64,000 bases of DNA from Trichormus sp. ATA11-4-KO1 (GCA_019358915.1 JAHHIM010000007.1:48303-112302), one strand, 5' to 3'; counted from the first letter of the stretch, positions 21,606-32,150 are shown. Numbers and translations: made by a program. Notes: generated from the letters alone by a model not told the origin.

Positions 21606-22860
21606 TGCCAAAAAAGCTATTTATTACGCCTTACGTGAATGCCGCCGGAAAACCCTGGAGTTGTTCGATGCTATAGATGAAGCTACATTTCGGAGTCAGC
21701 CTCATCCTGAATTTAGTCCCATTGGCTGGCACTTAGGGCATATTGCCTATACTGAGTCTTTGTGGCTGTTAGAACACAGTGCAGGTTTGCCATGTTTGTT
21801 CCCCCAATATCGCCAGCTATTTGCGGCTGATGGTTTGCCGAAATCAGCACGTGTGCAGTTACCAAATCGAGAGGAAATTCGTTATTACCTGGACAAAGTG
21901 AGAAAAAAAGTCCTGGAAAGTTTAGAAGTAGTTGATATTGACCAGCAAGAACGTCTTTGGCATTTTTTGATTCAGCACGAAGGACAACACTGCGAAATTA
22001 TTAGCTTCGTGTGGGAATTGGTGAAACGGCAACAGGGAGATCAGGCGACAAAGAGAGGAATTAGTGATTTTTCCTCGCTTAGTGTGCCAACAGAAATGGT
22101 TCTGATTCCAGCAGGTGAATTTGAGCAGGGTAATAATTCCATTGATGCTCTAGATAACGAGCGACCTGCACACAAAGTATATTTAAACTCTTACTGGATT
22201 GACCGCTACCCTGTAACTTGTGGGCAGTATCGGGCATTTATTGAGGCTGGAGGCTACCAAAATCCTCACTGGTGGTCAGAAGGTGGATGGCAATGGCGAC
22301 AAACAAAGCAGGTAATACAACCACTTTACTGGTGTAGTAATCGCAATTGGGATGATCATCCAGTTTGTGGTGTGAGTTGGTATGAAGCAGAGGCTTACTC
22401 ACGGTTCGTTGGTAAGCGGCTACCAACAGAAGGCGAGTGGGAAAAAGCCGCTAGTTGGGATGCTAAAGCTAATTGTCGTCGCATCTATCCTTGGGGGAAT
22501 GAAAAACCAACACCTGAAAATTGTAACTGCGATCGCTTTATTGGTCAGACAACACCAGTAGATGCTTACCCAAGCGGAAAAAGTGCCTATGGCTTATACG
22601 ACACTTTAGGAAATGTCTGGGAATGGACAGATTCTTGGTTTGATGGCTATGACGGTTTTCAAAGTTACCCTTACATAGGCTACTCACAGGTTTATTTTGA
22701 CCACCAGCACTGCGTTTTAAAAGGTGGTAGTTGGGCAACTCTTTCTGGGGGAATACGTGCTAGTTTTCGTAACTGGTATTATCCCAGCGTGCGCCAAATT
22801 TTGGCTGGGTTTCGCTGTGCCTTTTCAAGTGCTGAATGCTGTAAAGCCCTGCGGGCATAG
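21580..22860 (+). CDS. egtB: Ergothioneine sulfoxide synthase EgtB (DinB + FGE-sulfatase domains)
   Basis: SPIGWHLGH, QHEGQH Fe ligands, RLPTEGEWEKAA, GNVWEW, YSQVYF and GFRCA; GTG start overlapping egtC chosen. Confidence 0.88.
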   Translation: MISKLNQSSAKKAIYYALRECRRKTLELFDAIDEATFRSQPHPEFSPIGWHLGHIAYTESLWLLEHSAGLPCLFPQYRQLFAADGLPKSARVQLPNREEIRYYLDKVRKKVLESLEVVDIDQQERLWHFLIQHEGQHCEIISFVWELVKRQQGDQATKRGISDFSSLSVPTEMVLIPAGEFEQGNNSIDALDNERPAHKVYLNSYWIDRYPVTCGQYRAFIEAGGYQNPHWWSEGGWQWRQTKQVIQPLYWCSNRNWDDHPVCGVSWYEAEAYSRFVGKRLPTEGEWEKAASWDAKANCRRIYPWGNEKPTPENCNCDRFIGQTTPVDAYPSGKSAYGLYDTLGNVWEWTDSWFDGYDGFQSYPYIGYSQVYFDHQHCVLKGGSWATLSGGIRASFRNWYYPSVRQILAGFRCAFSSAECCKALRA

Positions 22861-22935
22861 CTGCGCTTAGAGCGGTAGCGGGGCGTAAAGCCCTGCGGGC
22901 ATGGCTGCGCTTATAGCCCGTACTGAGTGCTGAGT
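22829..22935 (+). repeat. Nested short dispersed repeat in GTGCTGA heptamer tract
   Basis: GTAAAGCCCTGCGGGCATRGCTGCGCTTA at 22841-22869 and 22885-22913; third copy at 30755-30783. Confidence 0.8.
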
Positions 22936-23200
22936 ATTTTTTAATCAGCAACAGTTTTAGGAAGAAAATGCCTAATGTAGCTATAAAGCTTGATTAATCT
23001 GGCTCAAGCGTGATGTTATGGGCTATAGCTATGTGTTTCACTAGCTGGGGTGAAGGTTTGCCCTTAAAAGGAACCTACCATACCAATTCGTTAACAGAAG
23101 GCTACAGATGCTCTCCCTGGAAACCCAGATAAAGTCTGAAACCGCTTAATTACGAATTAAGAATTACGAATTGGTATTACGTCACATATCCGGAGGTTGA

Positions 23201-24235
23201 ATGTCATTATCTAAAGCTGCTAGCAGCAAGGTTATTTCCCAAAAAAATATTGAAGAACGCTTGCAAATACAGCGTTTAGTACCAACAACCCGAATAGTTA
23301 AATCTAATGTGGGAAGTGATGTGATTAAGGGATTAACTCAAACGCCCAAAACCCTACCACCTGCTTACTTTTATGATGATCGTGGATCTGAGCTATTTGA
23401 GCAAATCTGTGAATTACCAGAATATTACCTGACACGCACCGAAATGGCGATTTTACAGCAATTTGCTGCTGAAATCGCCAAGATAACTGGTGCTTGTGAA
23501 CTGGTAGAACTTGGCAGTGGCAGCTCTACCAAAACCAGGATTCTACTAGATGCTTACCAGCAGCTAGGCTACCCCCTGAGGTATTTACCGATTGATGTGA
23601 GTGCAGGAATATTGGAAAGTAGTGCCAGACAGCTATTAGCAGATTATCCCTCTCTACAAGTTCACGCACTTGCAGGAACCTATGAATTGGCTCTTACAAA
23701 ACTTTTGCCAACACAATTACCCAGTAGGATGATTGGTTTCATTGGCAGCACTTTAGGTAATCTTAAGTCTCAAGAGTGTGATATTTTCTTTTCCCAAATT
23801 ACAAATGCTCTACAAGTAGGTGAGTATTTTCTACTGGGTGTGGACTTACAAAAGCCAAAACATATTTTGGAACCAGCTTATAACGATCGCCAAGGTGTAA
23901 CGGCAGCGTTTAACCTAAATATCTTAGAGCATTTGAATCAGCGATTTGAGGGCAATTTTGACACAACCCAGTTTGAACACTGGGCGTTTTATCACGAAAC
24001 TGAAAATCAAATAGAGATGCATTTACGCAGTTTGCGATCGCAAACTGTAGAATTACGCGCACTCAGCCTTACGATTAATTTTGCTGTAGGAGAAACTATC
24101 CTCACGGAAATTTCCCGCAAATTTGACCTCAAAACTATTCAACAGCAATTAACTACATGGGGCTTAGTACCACTCCATGTGTGGACTGATCCCAATCAGT
24201 GGTTTGGTTTGTTGCTTTGCCAGCTGCAAGCATAG
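23201..24235 (+). CDS. egtD: L-histidine N-alpha-trimethyltransferase EgtD
   Basis: PKTLPPAYFYDDRGSELFEQICELPEYYLTRTE, ELGSGSS.KT, AYND..GVTAAFNLN and TEISRKF. Confidence 0.95.
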   Translation: MSLSKAASSKVISQKNIEERLQIQRLVPTTRIVKSNVGSDVIKGLTQTPKTLPPAYFYDDRGSELFEQICELPEYYLTRTEMAILQQFAAEIAKITGACELVELGSGSSTKTRILLDAYQQLGYPLRYLPIDVSAGILESSARQLLADYPSLQVHALAGTYELALTKLLPTQLPSRMIGFIGSTLGNLKSQECDIFFSQITNALQVGEYFLLGVDLQKPKHILEPAYNDRQGVTAAFNLNILEHLNQRFEGNFDTTQFEHWAFYHETENQIEMHLRSLRSQTVELRALSLTINFAVGETILTEISRKFDLKTIQQQLTTWGLVPLHVWTDPNQWFGLLLCQLQA

Positions 24236-24399
24236 GCTTTGGGGAATAGGGAGTGAGGGAGTATTTTTGTTCTGGTCTCCTTGTCCCCCTATCCCCTTGG
24301 CAAATTTGCGGCAACTTTGCCAAACGATACAAAAAAATGTCTCAATTTTTGCCAATATGATAGTATTATTTTCCCAAAATCCAATTGGCAAGAATCGGC

Positions 24400-25122
24400 A
24401 TGAGTGAAAAATTAATAGAAAGCAACGGGAAAGGTTTTCTCGTTCTACTTTTGCCAATCTCGTTTTTGATTATTTTCCTAGTTGCTACCTGGAGAATTTT
24501 GCTGGCAATCATTATGCTGGTCATTGGTTTTAATGTTTGGCAGCAATATCAATGGCAACAGTGGTGTCAGCAAGTTAACCCGGTTTTCCATCAAATGATT
24601 CGGGAAACCCAGGGTAAAATTACGCCAATGGACTTGGCAATTAGGGGTAATTTTTCGGGGACAACGGCAAAACGCTACCTAGATACTAAAGCTAGTGAAT
24701 TTGGTGCTAGTATCGTGAACGCCCAAGAGGGGGGTGAGGTTTATTACTTTATAAATGCCAGTATTCTTGGTAGCATACTTGACAGTAGTGAACCAGTTAA
24801 AGAACTTCCTGCTCAACCAGTTACCAAAACTGCGCGATCGCTTTTAGCACCACCACAGTCACAACCACTGGAAGAAGAACCTGAAACTGAAGTAATACCA
24901 CCCACAACTCATCAAGAAGTTAAGCGATCGCTAAAACAGCAGTTAGTTTTTGGCTCGCTGATCCAATCAGAACTTGCCAAGCGGCTAAATGTTTATTCCA
25001 GCACCGTGTATAAACGGCGCAACGATCCAGAGTTTCCCGAGTGGAGTCGCAGCAAAGACCCCGATGGTATTGCTTGGACTTACTCGGAAAAAACTAAGGA
25101 GTTTTTTCCACTGGAAGAGTAA
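24400..25122 (+). CDS. Hypothetical membrane protein with C-terminal HTH-like segment
   Basis: Two N-terminal TM helices and LIQSELAKRLNV..STV...WSRSKDPDGIAW. Confidence 0.75.
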   Translation: MSEKLIESNGKGFLVLLLPISFLIIFLVATWRILLAIIMLVIGFNVWQQYQWQQWCQQVNPVFHQMIRETQGKITPMDLAIRGNFSGTTAKRYLDTKASEFGASIVNAQEGGEVYYFINASILGSILDSSEPVKELPAQPVTKTARSLLAPPQSQPLEEEPETEVIPPTTHQEVKRSLKQQLVFGSLIQSELAKRLNVYSSTVYKRRNDPEFPEWSRSKDPDGIAWTYSEKTKEFFPLEE

Positions 25123-25138
25123 GGCAAAAGCTGGATTT

Positions 25139-26278
25139 TCACTTTTGGCTTTTGACTTCTAAACCCACGGCTTCAGCGATGGAATTTAGCCCGTTTTTTT
25201 CTAGTTGCCAAAGCAAACCCTCCAGAATCCGCCGCACCATCATTGGGCCTGCGTAAATCCAGCCTGTATATACCTGGATTAAGCTAGCACCAGCAGTAAT
25301 TTTTTCCCAAGCGTCTTCCGGGGAAAAAATGCCGCCTACACCAATGATGGGGATTTTTCCTTGGGTTTGCTGCCAAATAAACTTTATAACTTCCGTCGAG
25401 CGATCGCGTAATGGCACACCGCTAATTCCGCCAGCTTCTTCCTGGGGTGATTTGCCAGTTTGAGTAATTACTTGAGTTTTCAATCCATCGCGGCGGATAG
25501 TGGTGTTAGTAGCAATAATTCCTGCTAGATGGTAGGTTTTGGCTAAAGCAATAATGTCAGCGATCGCTTCCCATTCCAAATCAGGCGCTATCTTGACAAA
25601 AATTGGTTTTTGTGAATTATTTTCTTGTTGTAAGAAATCCAAGATGGCACCAAGCATAGAAGCATCTTGGAGCGATCGCAACCCCGGAGTATTGGGAGAA
25701 GAAACATTGACCACAAAATAATCCCCCAACTCCTTGAGTAAGCGAAAACTATTAAGATAATCTGCGGCAGCGTCTTCTAGGGGTGTCACCTTAGACTTAC
25801 CCAAATTGATACCTATAGGTATTGACCAAGCTAATTCTTGTTTACTTTGTAACAACCTTGTTGCCATTGCGGCTGCACCACTATTATTAAAACCCATGCG
25901 GTTAAGGGCAGCTTGGTCTAATGGCAAGCGAAATAAACGGGGACGAGGGTTTCCTGGCTGTGCTACAAACGTCACAGTTCCTAATTCCGCAAAGCCAAAC
26001 CCCAGGCTAGACCAAATTTTAGCCGCAACGCCATCTTTGTCAAAACCTGCTGCTAACCCCACAGGATTGGGAAAATCTAGCCCAAATAAAGTTTGTGCGA
26101 GGCGTGAATCATGAAGACACAAAGACTGATGTAAACGTTGATTTACCCAACCAGCACCAGGGTTACTCGTTGACGACAGCCAGCTTAAACTACGAATCGT
26201 CTGCTGATGTAGCCATTCTGGATCTGTTCTTACCAGATTAAACAACAGTGGACGAATTACAACTTGATAAATATCCAT
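25139..26278 (-). CDS. pyrD: Quinone-dependent dihydroorotate dehydrogenase
   Basis: [36 protein letters not shown] and GGISG motifs. Confidence 0.96.
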   Translation of the reverse strand: MDIYQVVIRPLLFNLVRTDPEWLHQQTIRSLSWLSSTSNPGAGWVNQRLHQSLCLHDSRLAQTLFGLDFPNPVGLAAGFDKDGVAAKIWSSLGFGFAELGTVTFVAQPGNPRPRLFRLPLDQAALNRMGFNNSGAAAMATRLLQSKQELAWSIPIGINLGKSKVTPLEDAAADYLNSFRLLKELGDYFVVNVSSPNTPGLRSLQDASMLGAILDFLQQENNSQKPIFVKIAPDLEWEAIADIIALAKTYHLAGIIATNTTIRRDGLKTQVITQTGKSPQEEAGGISGVPLRDRSTEVIKFIWQQTQGKIPIIGVGGIFSPEDAWEKITAGASLIQVYTGWIYAGPMMVRRILEGLLWQLEKNGLNSIAEAVGLEVKSQK

Positions 26279-26476
26279 TTTTATAGCAGCTGCCACATAG
26301 CTGAGGTCATAAACTAATTATCAAACCCTGACACCAAGAGATTTTCCAGTCTGTCCCCCGTCTTCTGTCCCCTGCTATACATACCCAGAACTTTTAGCAA
26401 ACATCCTTAGTGATATAAGTCAAGGCTCTTTTCTGGGCATCTTATATATTACAAGTTATGTTGACCAATAATTCAG

Positions 26477-29338
26477 ATGGGGCAGCCACAAAAATCTATA
26501 GCCGCCGAACAACAAATCCTTGCCTTGGGAAGCGTCCTCCAAAGCCTCAGAGAAGAGAATGATGTTGACGTTCTGATTGAAACCACGATTGCTTATATAT
26601 ACCAACAGTTTGACTACAGTCTGATTTGGATTGCTCTTTATGATCGCCTAAAACACACCTTGTTTGGCAAAGGCGGTATCACACCTGATCAAGACACTAA
26701 TTTTTTGCGACAACGGGTTGTTCTCAATCCAGGTGATTTATTAGAACAAGTAGTGATTGAACAAAGTCCCTTGGGTATAGTGGATTTACGCAATGAAATT
26801 CGTGCCGCAGTATGGCAAGACGTTGGCAAAAAATTTAACATCCAGGGCACAATTTTTTTGCCAATTCGTTACAAAGACCGTTTTTTAGGCTTACTTTTAC
26901 TTGGTTCAGAACGGTGGGGTTATTTACTGCCAGGAGACGCAAAAGCACGCCTGATGATGGTTTTAGGCGAACTGGGGGCAGTGCTTTACCAAAAAGAAAT
27001 GGATTTGCAGCAAAAGCAAACCAAACGCCCAGATGAGCCGTTATTAGAATTACTAGAAAATTTACGCACCCTGAATAATTTAGATCAAAAACTCAAAGCA
27101 GTTGTGGAGGCAACCCATCAATTTATCTACCCTAGCCGGACAAATGTTTATTGGTTTGATAGACAAGGGCGTTACTTTTGGTGTCGGATGAGCAATCAGC
27201 TAGCCAATATTGGTCGTAACTCTAGCAATCAGCAACCAGCCGCAGGTATGACTGTGCAGGAGTTAAGCGAACTTTATTATGCTTTGTCAGTGAATGAAAT
27301 TGTTTGGATTGGTGATGCCCGCAGTTCCCTAAAAAGTCATTTTACTGCCAAGTTATTGCAACGCTTGCGGGTGCGATCGCTGTTGGCAGCTCCCATCATT
27401 TGGCAAAAGGATCTACTAGGTTTTTTGGCAGTAGAAGGCAATGAGCCACGAATCTGGACTGAAGCAGATAAAAATTTCGTTCAAGGTACTGCTGGGTTAA
27501 TATCTTTAGTTGCTCCCATCGACAGCATGGAAAGTACCATCAAACAAATCCAAGATGATACTCAGCTAACTAGTCAAGTTGCCCAAGCTATTTATCAAAA
27601 GCATGAATTTAACGAAACCTTACGTACCTGTGCTGCCAAAGTTTTAACTCGCCTAGCTGCTACCCGCTTTTTACTATTGCAGTACGACTCTGACCAAAAT
27701 CATTATCAAATTCTCTACCAAAGCCAACCTCATAATCGTCGACCTTTGACATTTGCCCTCAATGCACTCACAGAAACAGATAGACATTTGTTAAAGACGG
27801 CAAAAGCTACGGTAGAGGTGGAGAAATTAGATGAAGATTTGCGATTTTTTCCTTGGCGCTCCCTTTTCTTAGAACATAATGTGCGATCGCTCTTAGTTTG
27901 TAACTGCATTCAAGGTCATGCACCAAAAACCCTATTGATTATCGCTCATGAAACTCATCGTACTTGGTCAAATCTAGAAAAGGAGCTGCTGTGGGTCGTC
28001 AGTCAACAGATTGGTGTCATTGTTCGTCAATGGCAACTCCACAATGATAATGAGCAGCAGCAAAAGGTTTTATCCAGCATTAAACAATTAGAACAAGCCC
28101 AAAGCGAAACAATGGCAATCAGGGACAAGCATTTAGAACGCACAGCACTAGAACAAATCGCGTCAATTCTCAACTGTCCCCTAACACTACTGTTATCTTG
28201 GTCATCTGGTCAGACCTTGGCTGAAATTATACCTGGAGTAATTGCCGATAGTCGATTTGAGATTAGTGCAGATGCACAAGTTTCTATCCAGTCTGAAGCT
28301 TTGATCCAGTGGGCACTTAAGCAAGATGGTTGCTTAAGTGTCAACGTGGATGATTTACCACCAGAAACCAGAAAATGGTTGATGGGTTCAGGTATTGGTA
28401 AAATTTTAATTATGAAATTATGTACAGCTACTGATTATCAGCCCACAGCAGTGGTATTGATGGCAGATCGGCAAGAACGTCAATGGTCACAGCAAAGCCT
28501 CAATACTATAGAAACTTTGGTGAATCAATTAGCTTGGTCACGTCGTCAACAGCAAATCACCCAACTTTTAGAGTCCACAACCCAAAGGTTAAACCAACTA
28601 AATTGGTATAAACATAGTCGTCTCGAAGAAATTCAAAGAACAACGGCGCTGTTACTTGGTCAAATACATGATTTGGGTATTCCTGCTAATGAACTAACTC
28701 AGACACGCTACCAACTACTACTGCGGCAGTTAGATCAGACAAACGCCTCTATGACTGGAATGCTGAAACTGGAACAGTGGCAGTTGCATAAAAGTTGGGA
28801 AACTATGCCTATAGCCAGTTTAATGAAGCGATCGCTCGAACGAGTAGAAAATTTATTCAAGCAACATAAGCTGTGGGTAGGTGTGCATGGTTTGGGACAA
28901 TCGGGTGCAGATTACGAATCAGCCAACAGTTCCTCATTCCTCAAAGGCATCTCCAACTCAGATTATCCCTCTTCAATGGCGATCGCTGGTGATATTGTGA
29001 AATTTGAATTAATTCTGCACGAACTATTAGTGTTTGCCTGTCACCGTTCTCAAGGCGGAGGCAGAATTGATATCTGGTGTCGCCGTTTAGATGAAAAATT
29101 ATTAGAGTTGTCAATTACAGATAATGGCGTCATTAAACCACAACTACTAGCAGAACTAAATCATGATGCCCTCAAGGATGTTCTAGCCCTTTCTTTTTTA
29201 GATAAACCACCAGGCTTACATCTGCTCATCTGCCAAAATCTCATGCAAGAATTAGGCGGAGAATTGCATATTTATCAATTACCAGATAGTCGGGTAGTCA
29301 GTCGTTTACTTTTGCCATTAGCTGCTAAAAACTCCTAG
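26477..29338 (+). CDS. Multi-GAF sensor protein with degenerate HATPase domain
   Basis: Several GAF-like repeats (VRSLLAAPI..LLGFL...RIW) and C-terminal GGRIDI, ITDNG, LGGEL. Confidence 0.8.
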   Translation: MGQPQKSIAAEQQILALGSVLQSLREENDVDVLIETTIAYIYQQFDYSLIWIALYDRLKHTLFGKGGITPDQDTNFLRQRVVLNPGDLLEQVVIEQSPLGIVDLRNEIRAAVWQDVGKKFNIQGTIFLPIRYKDRFLGLLLLGSERWGYLLPGDAKARLMMVLGELGAVLYQKEMDLQQKQTKRPDEPLLELLENLRTLNNLDQKLKAVVEATHQFIYPSRTNVYWFDRQGRYFWCRMSNQLANIGRNSSNQQPAAGMTVQELSELYYALSVNEIVWIGDARSSLKSHFTAKLLQRLRVRSLLAAPIIWQKDLLGFLAVEGNEPRIWTEADKNFVQGTAGLISLVAPIDSMESTIKQIQDDTQLTSQVAQAIYQKHEFNETLRTCAAKVLTRLAATRFLLLQYDSDQNHYQILYQSQPHNRRPLTFALNALTETDRHLLKTAKATVEVEKLDEDLRFFPWRSLFLEHNVRSLLVCNCIQGHAPKTLLIIAHETHRTWSNLEKELLWVVSQQIGVIVRQWQLHNDNEQQQKVLSSIKQLEQAQSETMAIRDKHLERTALEQIASILNCPLTLLLSWSSGQTLAEIIPGVIADSRFEISADAQVSIQSEALIQWALKQDGCLSVNVDDLPPETRKWLMGSGIGKILIMKLCTATDYQPTAVVLMADRQERQWSQQSLNTIETLVNQLAWSRRQQQITQLLESTTQRLNQLNWYKHSRLEEIQRTTALLLGQIHDLGIPANELTQTRYQLLLRQLDQTNASMTGMLKLEQWQLHKSWETMPIASLMKRSLERVENLFKQHKLWVGVHGLGQSGADYESANSSSFLKGISNSDYPSSMAIAGDIVKFELILHELLVFACHRSQGGGRIDIWCRRLDEKLLELSITDNGVIKPQLLAELNHDALKDVLALSFLDKPPGLHLLICQNLMQELGGELHIYQLPDSRVVSRLLLPLAAKNS

Positions 29339-29531
29339 TGAATTTGCTTGATTTTATGAAAAAACCAAAATACTTACACAAGTAGAGCGACAAGATTAAT
29401 TTGATGAATCAGCCCTTAGTCAGATTGTCAGCAAATTTGTTCGTTTCAGGTATCCTACCTTTGTAGCAAACTCGTTATAATATTTTTCCATCGCTCTCAA
29501 AAATCAACCTTGAATCTGCACGGCATTCATC

Positions 29532-29687
29532 ATGAGACGCGTTAGTTCTAAATCTGACCTACCCAGAAAAATCTGTCCGGTATGTCAACGTCCCTTCACT
29601 TGGCGGAAAAAATGGCAAGATTGCTGGGACGAGGTGAGATACTGCTCAGAACGTTGCCGCCGTCGCCGTTCTGATGCAAAAAATTAA
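29532..29687 (+). CDS. DUF2256-family small Cys-rich protein (not in ORF track)
   Basis: Manual translation [51 protein letters not shown]. Confidence 0.88.
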   Translation: MRRVSSKSDLPRKICPVCQRPFTWRKKWQDCWDEVRYCSERCRRRRSDAKN

Positions 29688-29795
29688 AGGGAGTGGGGGA
29701 CACATGAACACGGGATTACTTTATTCCCAATGCCCAATCTTTAATCTCTAGTAAAACCAACTGCAACTGAGACGCAAATAGCGCAAGGGTTATAG

Positions 29796-30749
29796 ATGAA
29801 GTTACAGGTGCAACCTAAATTAATTATTCATGGAGGAGCTGGTAGTTCTCTCCACGGTAAAGGAGGATTAGAGGCGGTGCGCCGATCGCTCTATACAGTA
29901 GTAGAGACAGTTTATTCTCTTCTACTAAAAGGAGCAACCGCCTCCGAAGCAGTAGTACAGGGTTGCCAAATGTTAGAAGATGACCCCCGCTTTAATGCTG
30001 GTACTGGTTCAGTACTGCAATCTGACGGTCAAATCCGCATGAGTGCTTCCTTGATGGATAGTACATCAGGGCGCTTCAGTGGTGTGATTAATATTTCGCG
30101 GGTAAAAAATCCCATGCAATTAGTGCAATATTTACAAGATTCGCCAGACAGGGTACTGTCGGATTACGGTGCAGCTGAACTAGCACGGGAGTTGCAAATT
30201 CCCAGTTACAACGCTTTAACTGATTTGCGGTTGCAAGAATGGATGCAAGAGCGCCAGGATAATTTTAAAAGCACAATGGCTGGTGTAGTAGCAGAACCCG
30301 AACTAGTGGAAACCAGTAATGCTGGACGTGGCACTATCGGTGTAGTCGTTTTAGATGCTTATGGTGGGCTAGCTGCTGGCACTTCCACAGGTGGCAAAGG
30401 CTTTGAGCGCATCGGTCGAGTCAGTGATTCTGCGATGCCAGCAGGTAATTATGCTACTAGTGACGCAGCAGTTAGTTGTACTGGCATTGGTGAAGATATT
30501 ATTGATGAATGCTTGGCAGCAAAGATTGTGGTGCGCGTAACGGATGGAATTTCCCTCAAAGATGCTATGCAGCGCTCGTTTACAGAGGCACACCAAAACA
30601 AGCGGGATTTAGGAGCGATCGCCTTAGATGCTCATGGGGCGATATCATGGGGCAAAACTAGTGAAGTCTTGCTTGCTGCCTACCACGACGGCGAAAGCAT
30701 TGGTGATACCTTGGAATGGAATGATTCCGAATTGATTGGCTATTGCTGA
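29796..30749 (+). CDS. Isoaspartyl peptidase / plant-type L-asparaginase
   Basis: IIHGGAG, FNAGTGS, GTIGVV (autoproteolytic Thr), TSTGG, GRVSDS and CTGIGE. Confidence 0.9.
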   Translation: MKLQVQPKLIIHGGAGSSLHGKGGLEAVRRSLYTVVETVYSLLLKGATASEAVVQGCQMLEDDPRFNAGTGSVLQSDGQIRMSASLMDSTSGRFSGVINISRVKNPMQLVQYLQDSPDRVLSDYGAAELARELQIPSYNALTDLRLQEWMQERQDNFKSTMAGVVAEPELVETSNAGRGTIGVVVLDAYGGLAAGTSTGGKGFERIGRVSDSAMPAGNYATSDAAVSCTGIGEDIIDECLAAKIVVRVTDGISLKDAMQRSFTEAHQNKRDLGAIALDAHGAISWGKTSEVLLAAYHDGESIGDTLEWNDSELIGYC

Positions 30750-31030
30750 GTGCTGTAAAGCCCTGCGGGCATAGCTGCGCTTATAGCCCGTGCTGAGTCA
30801 GAAAAAGAGGAAGAACTTTCGCACTCAGTAAATGTCCCGCCCCTTGTGGTCACTGAGCCTTGCCGAAGTGTGGGCGGAATCTTAATTGTTAAAGTGAGTC
30901 TCCAAGGAAGGCGCACCTGCGGGAAGGGCGAAAGAAACAGAATCCTCCGGACTTTTTATTTTGAATTTTGAATTTTGAATTGATTCATTCCTTTGTACTT
31001 TTTACTCGTAACTCAGCACTCAGCACTCAC
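30745..31030. repeat. Mosaic of dispersed repeats and heptamer tracts
   Basis: GTAAAGCCCTGCGGGC element, CCGCCC/GGGCGG palindrome split by a CTGAGCCTTGCCGAAG unit, (TTTTGAA)3 cassette and CAGCACT repeats. Confidence 0.7.
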
Positions 31031-31162
31031 CACTATAGGGCTAGGTGCTTTTCCAGAAAAGCCAAGGTTACCAAATTTCAGAAAAGTTTCGTCGCCGTTC
31101 TGGAAGTAACGATATATTTTGAGAATCTATCCCGGACAAATTCACTGTTTTTTGTTGAATCT

Positions 31163-31975
31163 ATGAAGTCTTATTTAGCAGCCGCTATTCAAATGACCAG
31201 TGTGCCCAATCTACACAAAAATTTGGTACAGGCAGAAGAGTTGATTGATCTTGCTGTGCGTCGAGGTGCTGAATTAGTTGGGTTGCCAGAAAACTTTTCT
31301 TTTATGGGAGAAGAGAAAGATAAACTCGCACAAGCCGCAGAAATTTACAGCGAAACTGCACAGTTTCTCACAAAAATGGCTCAACGCTTCCAAGTTACTA
31401 TCTTGGGTGGCAGTTTTCCCGTTCCTGTAGATAATACAGGCAAAGTTTATAACACTACATTACTCATCGACCCCAACGGTCACGAACTTGCTCGCTACTA
31501 TAAAGTACATTTATTTGACGTTAACGTCCCAGACGGTAACACTTATCGAGAATCCAGCACTGTGATGGCTGGTAAAGAACTCCCCTCAGTTTATTTTTCA
31601 GAACAACTCGGTAACATAGGACTTTCGGTTTGCTACGATGTCCGCTTCCCCGAACTGTATCGACATCTCTCAGATAAAGGAGCCGATGTGATGTTTGTCC
31701 CGGCTGCCTTCACCGCCTTTACTGGCAAAGACCACTGGCAAGTATTATTACAAGCTAGAGCGATTGAAAATACTGCCTATGTGATCGCTCCTGCCCAAAC
31801 TGGCAATAACTACGCCCGCCGCCAAACCCACGGACACGCGATGATTATTGACCCTTGGGGTGTGATTTTAGCCGATGCTGGTGATGTTCCGGGAATTGCG
31901 ATCGCCGAAATCAAACCCTCTCGTTTGGAACAAGTCCGCCGTCAAATGCCTTCCTTAGAACACCGGGTTTTCTAG
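31163..31975 (+). CDS. Carbon-nitrogen hydrolase (Nit1-like, probable deaminated glutathione amidase)
   Basis: LPENF, YYKVHLFD, CYDVRFPE (E-K-C triad) and ARAIEN; start set at ATG 31163. Confidence 0.88.
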   Translation: MKSYLAAAIQMTSVPNLHKNLVQAEELIDLAVRRGAELVGLPENFSFMGEEKDKLAQAAEIYSETAQFLTKMAQRFQVTILGGSFPVPVDNTGKVYNTTLLIDPNGHELARYYKVHLFDVNVPDGNTYRESSTVMAGKELPSVYFSEQLGNIGLSVCYDVRFPELYRHLSDKGADVMFVPAAFTAFTGKDHWQVLLQARAIENTAYVIAPAQTGNNYARRQTHGHAMIIDPWGVILADAGDVPGIAIAEIKPSRLEQVRRQMPSLEHRVF

Positions 31976-32150
31976 GTGCTGGGTGCTGAGAATAAGATTA
32001 AGAAAAGAAGTTTAGCGCTTCTGAATCTAGCCGGATAACAAGTTAATTGTTAACAGTGCAGGTTGTGGCTCTCGCCGTGCCTGCATCAAAAAACTTTTGT
32101 TAAGATTTTTAAGTCTGCTAGGAGAGTGTGAAAAACAATTAAATCTCAAC

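Noticed and set aside
21580..22860. OvoA (ovothiol) or SenA (selenoneine) instead of EgtB
   Set aside because: No C-terminal methyltransferase domain as in OvoA, no senB/senC neighbours, and it is flanked by egtC and egtD.
30968..31162. N-terminal ORF extensions (for example 30968 for the nitrilase, 651 for hisC, 58493 and 49507)
   Set aside because: The extensions run through repeats, intergenic DNA or neighbouring genes; family-like sequence begins at the downstream start codons.
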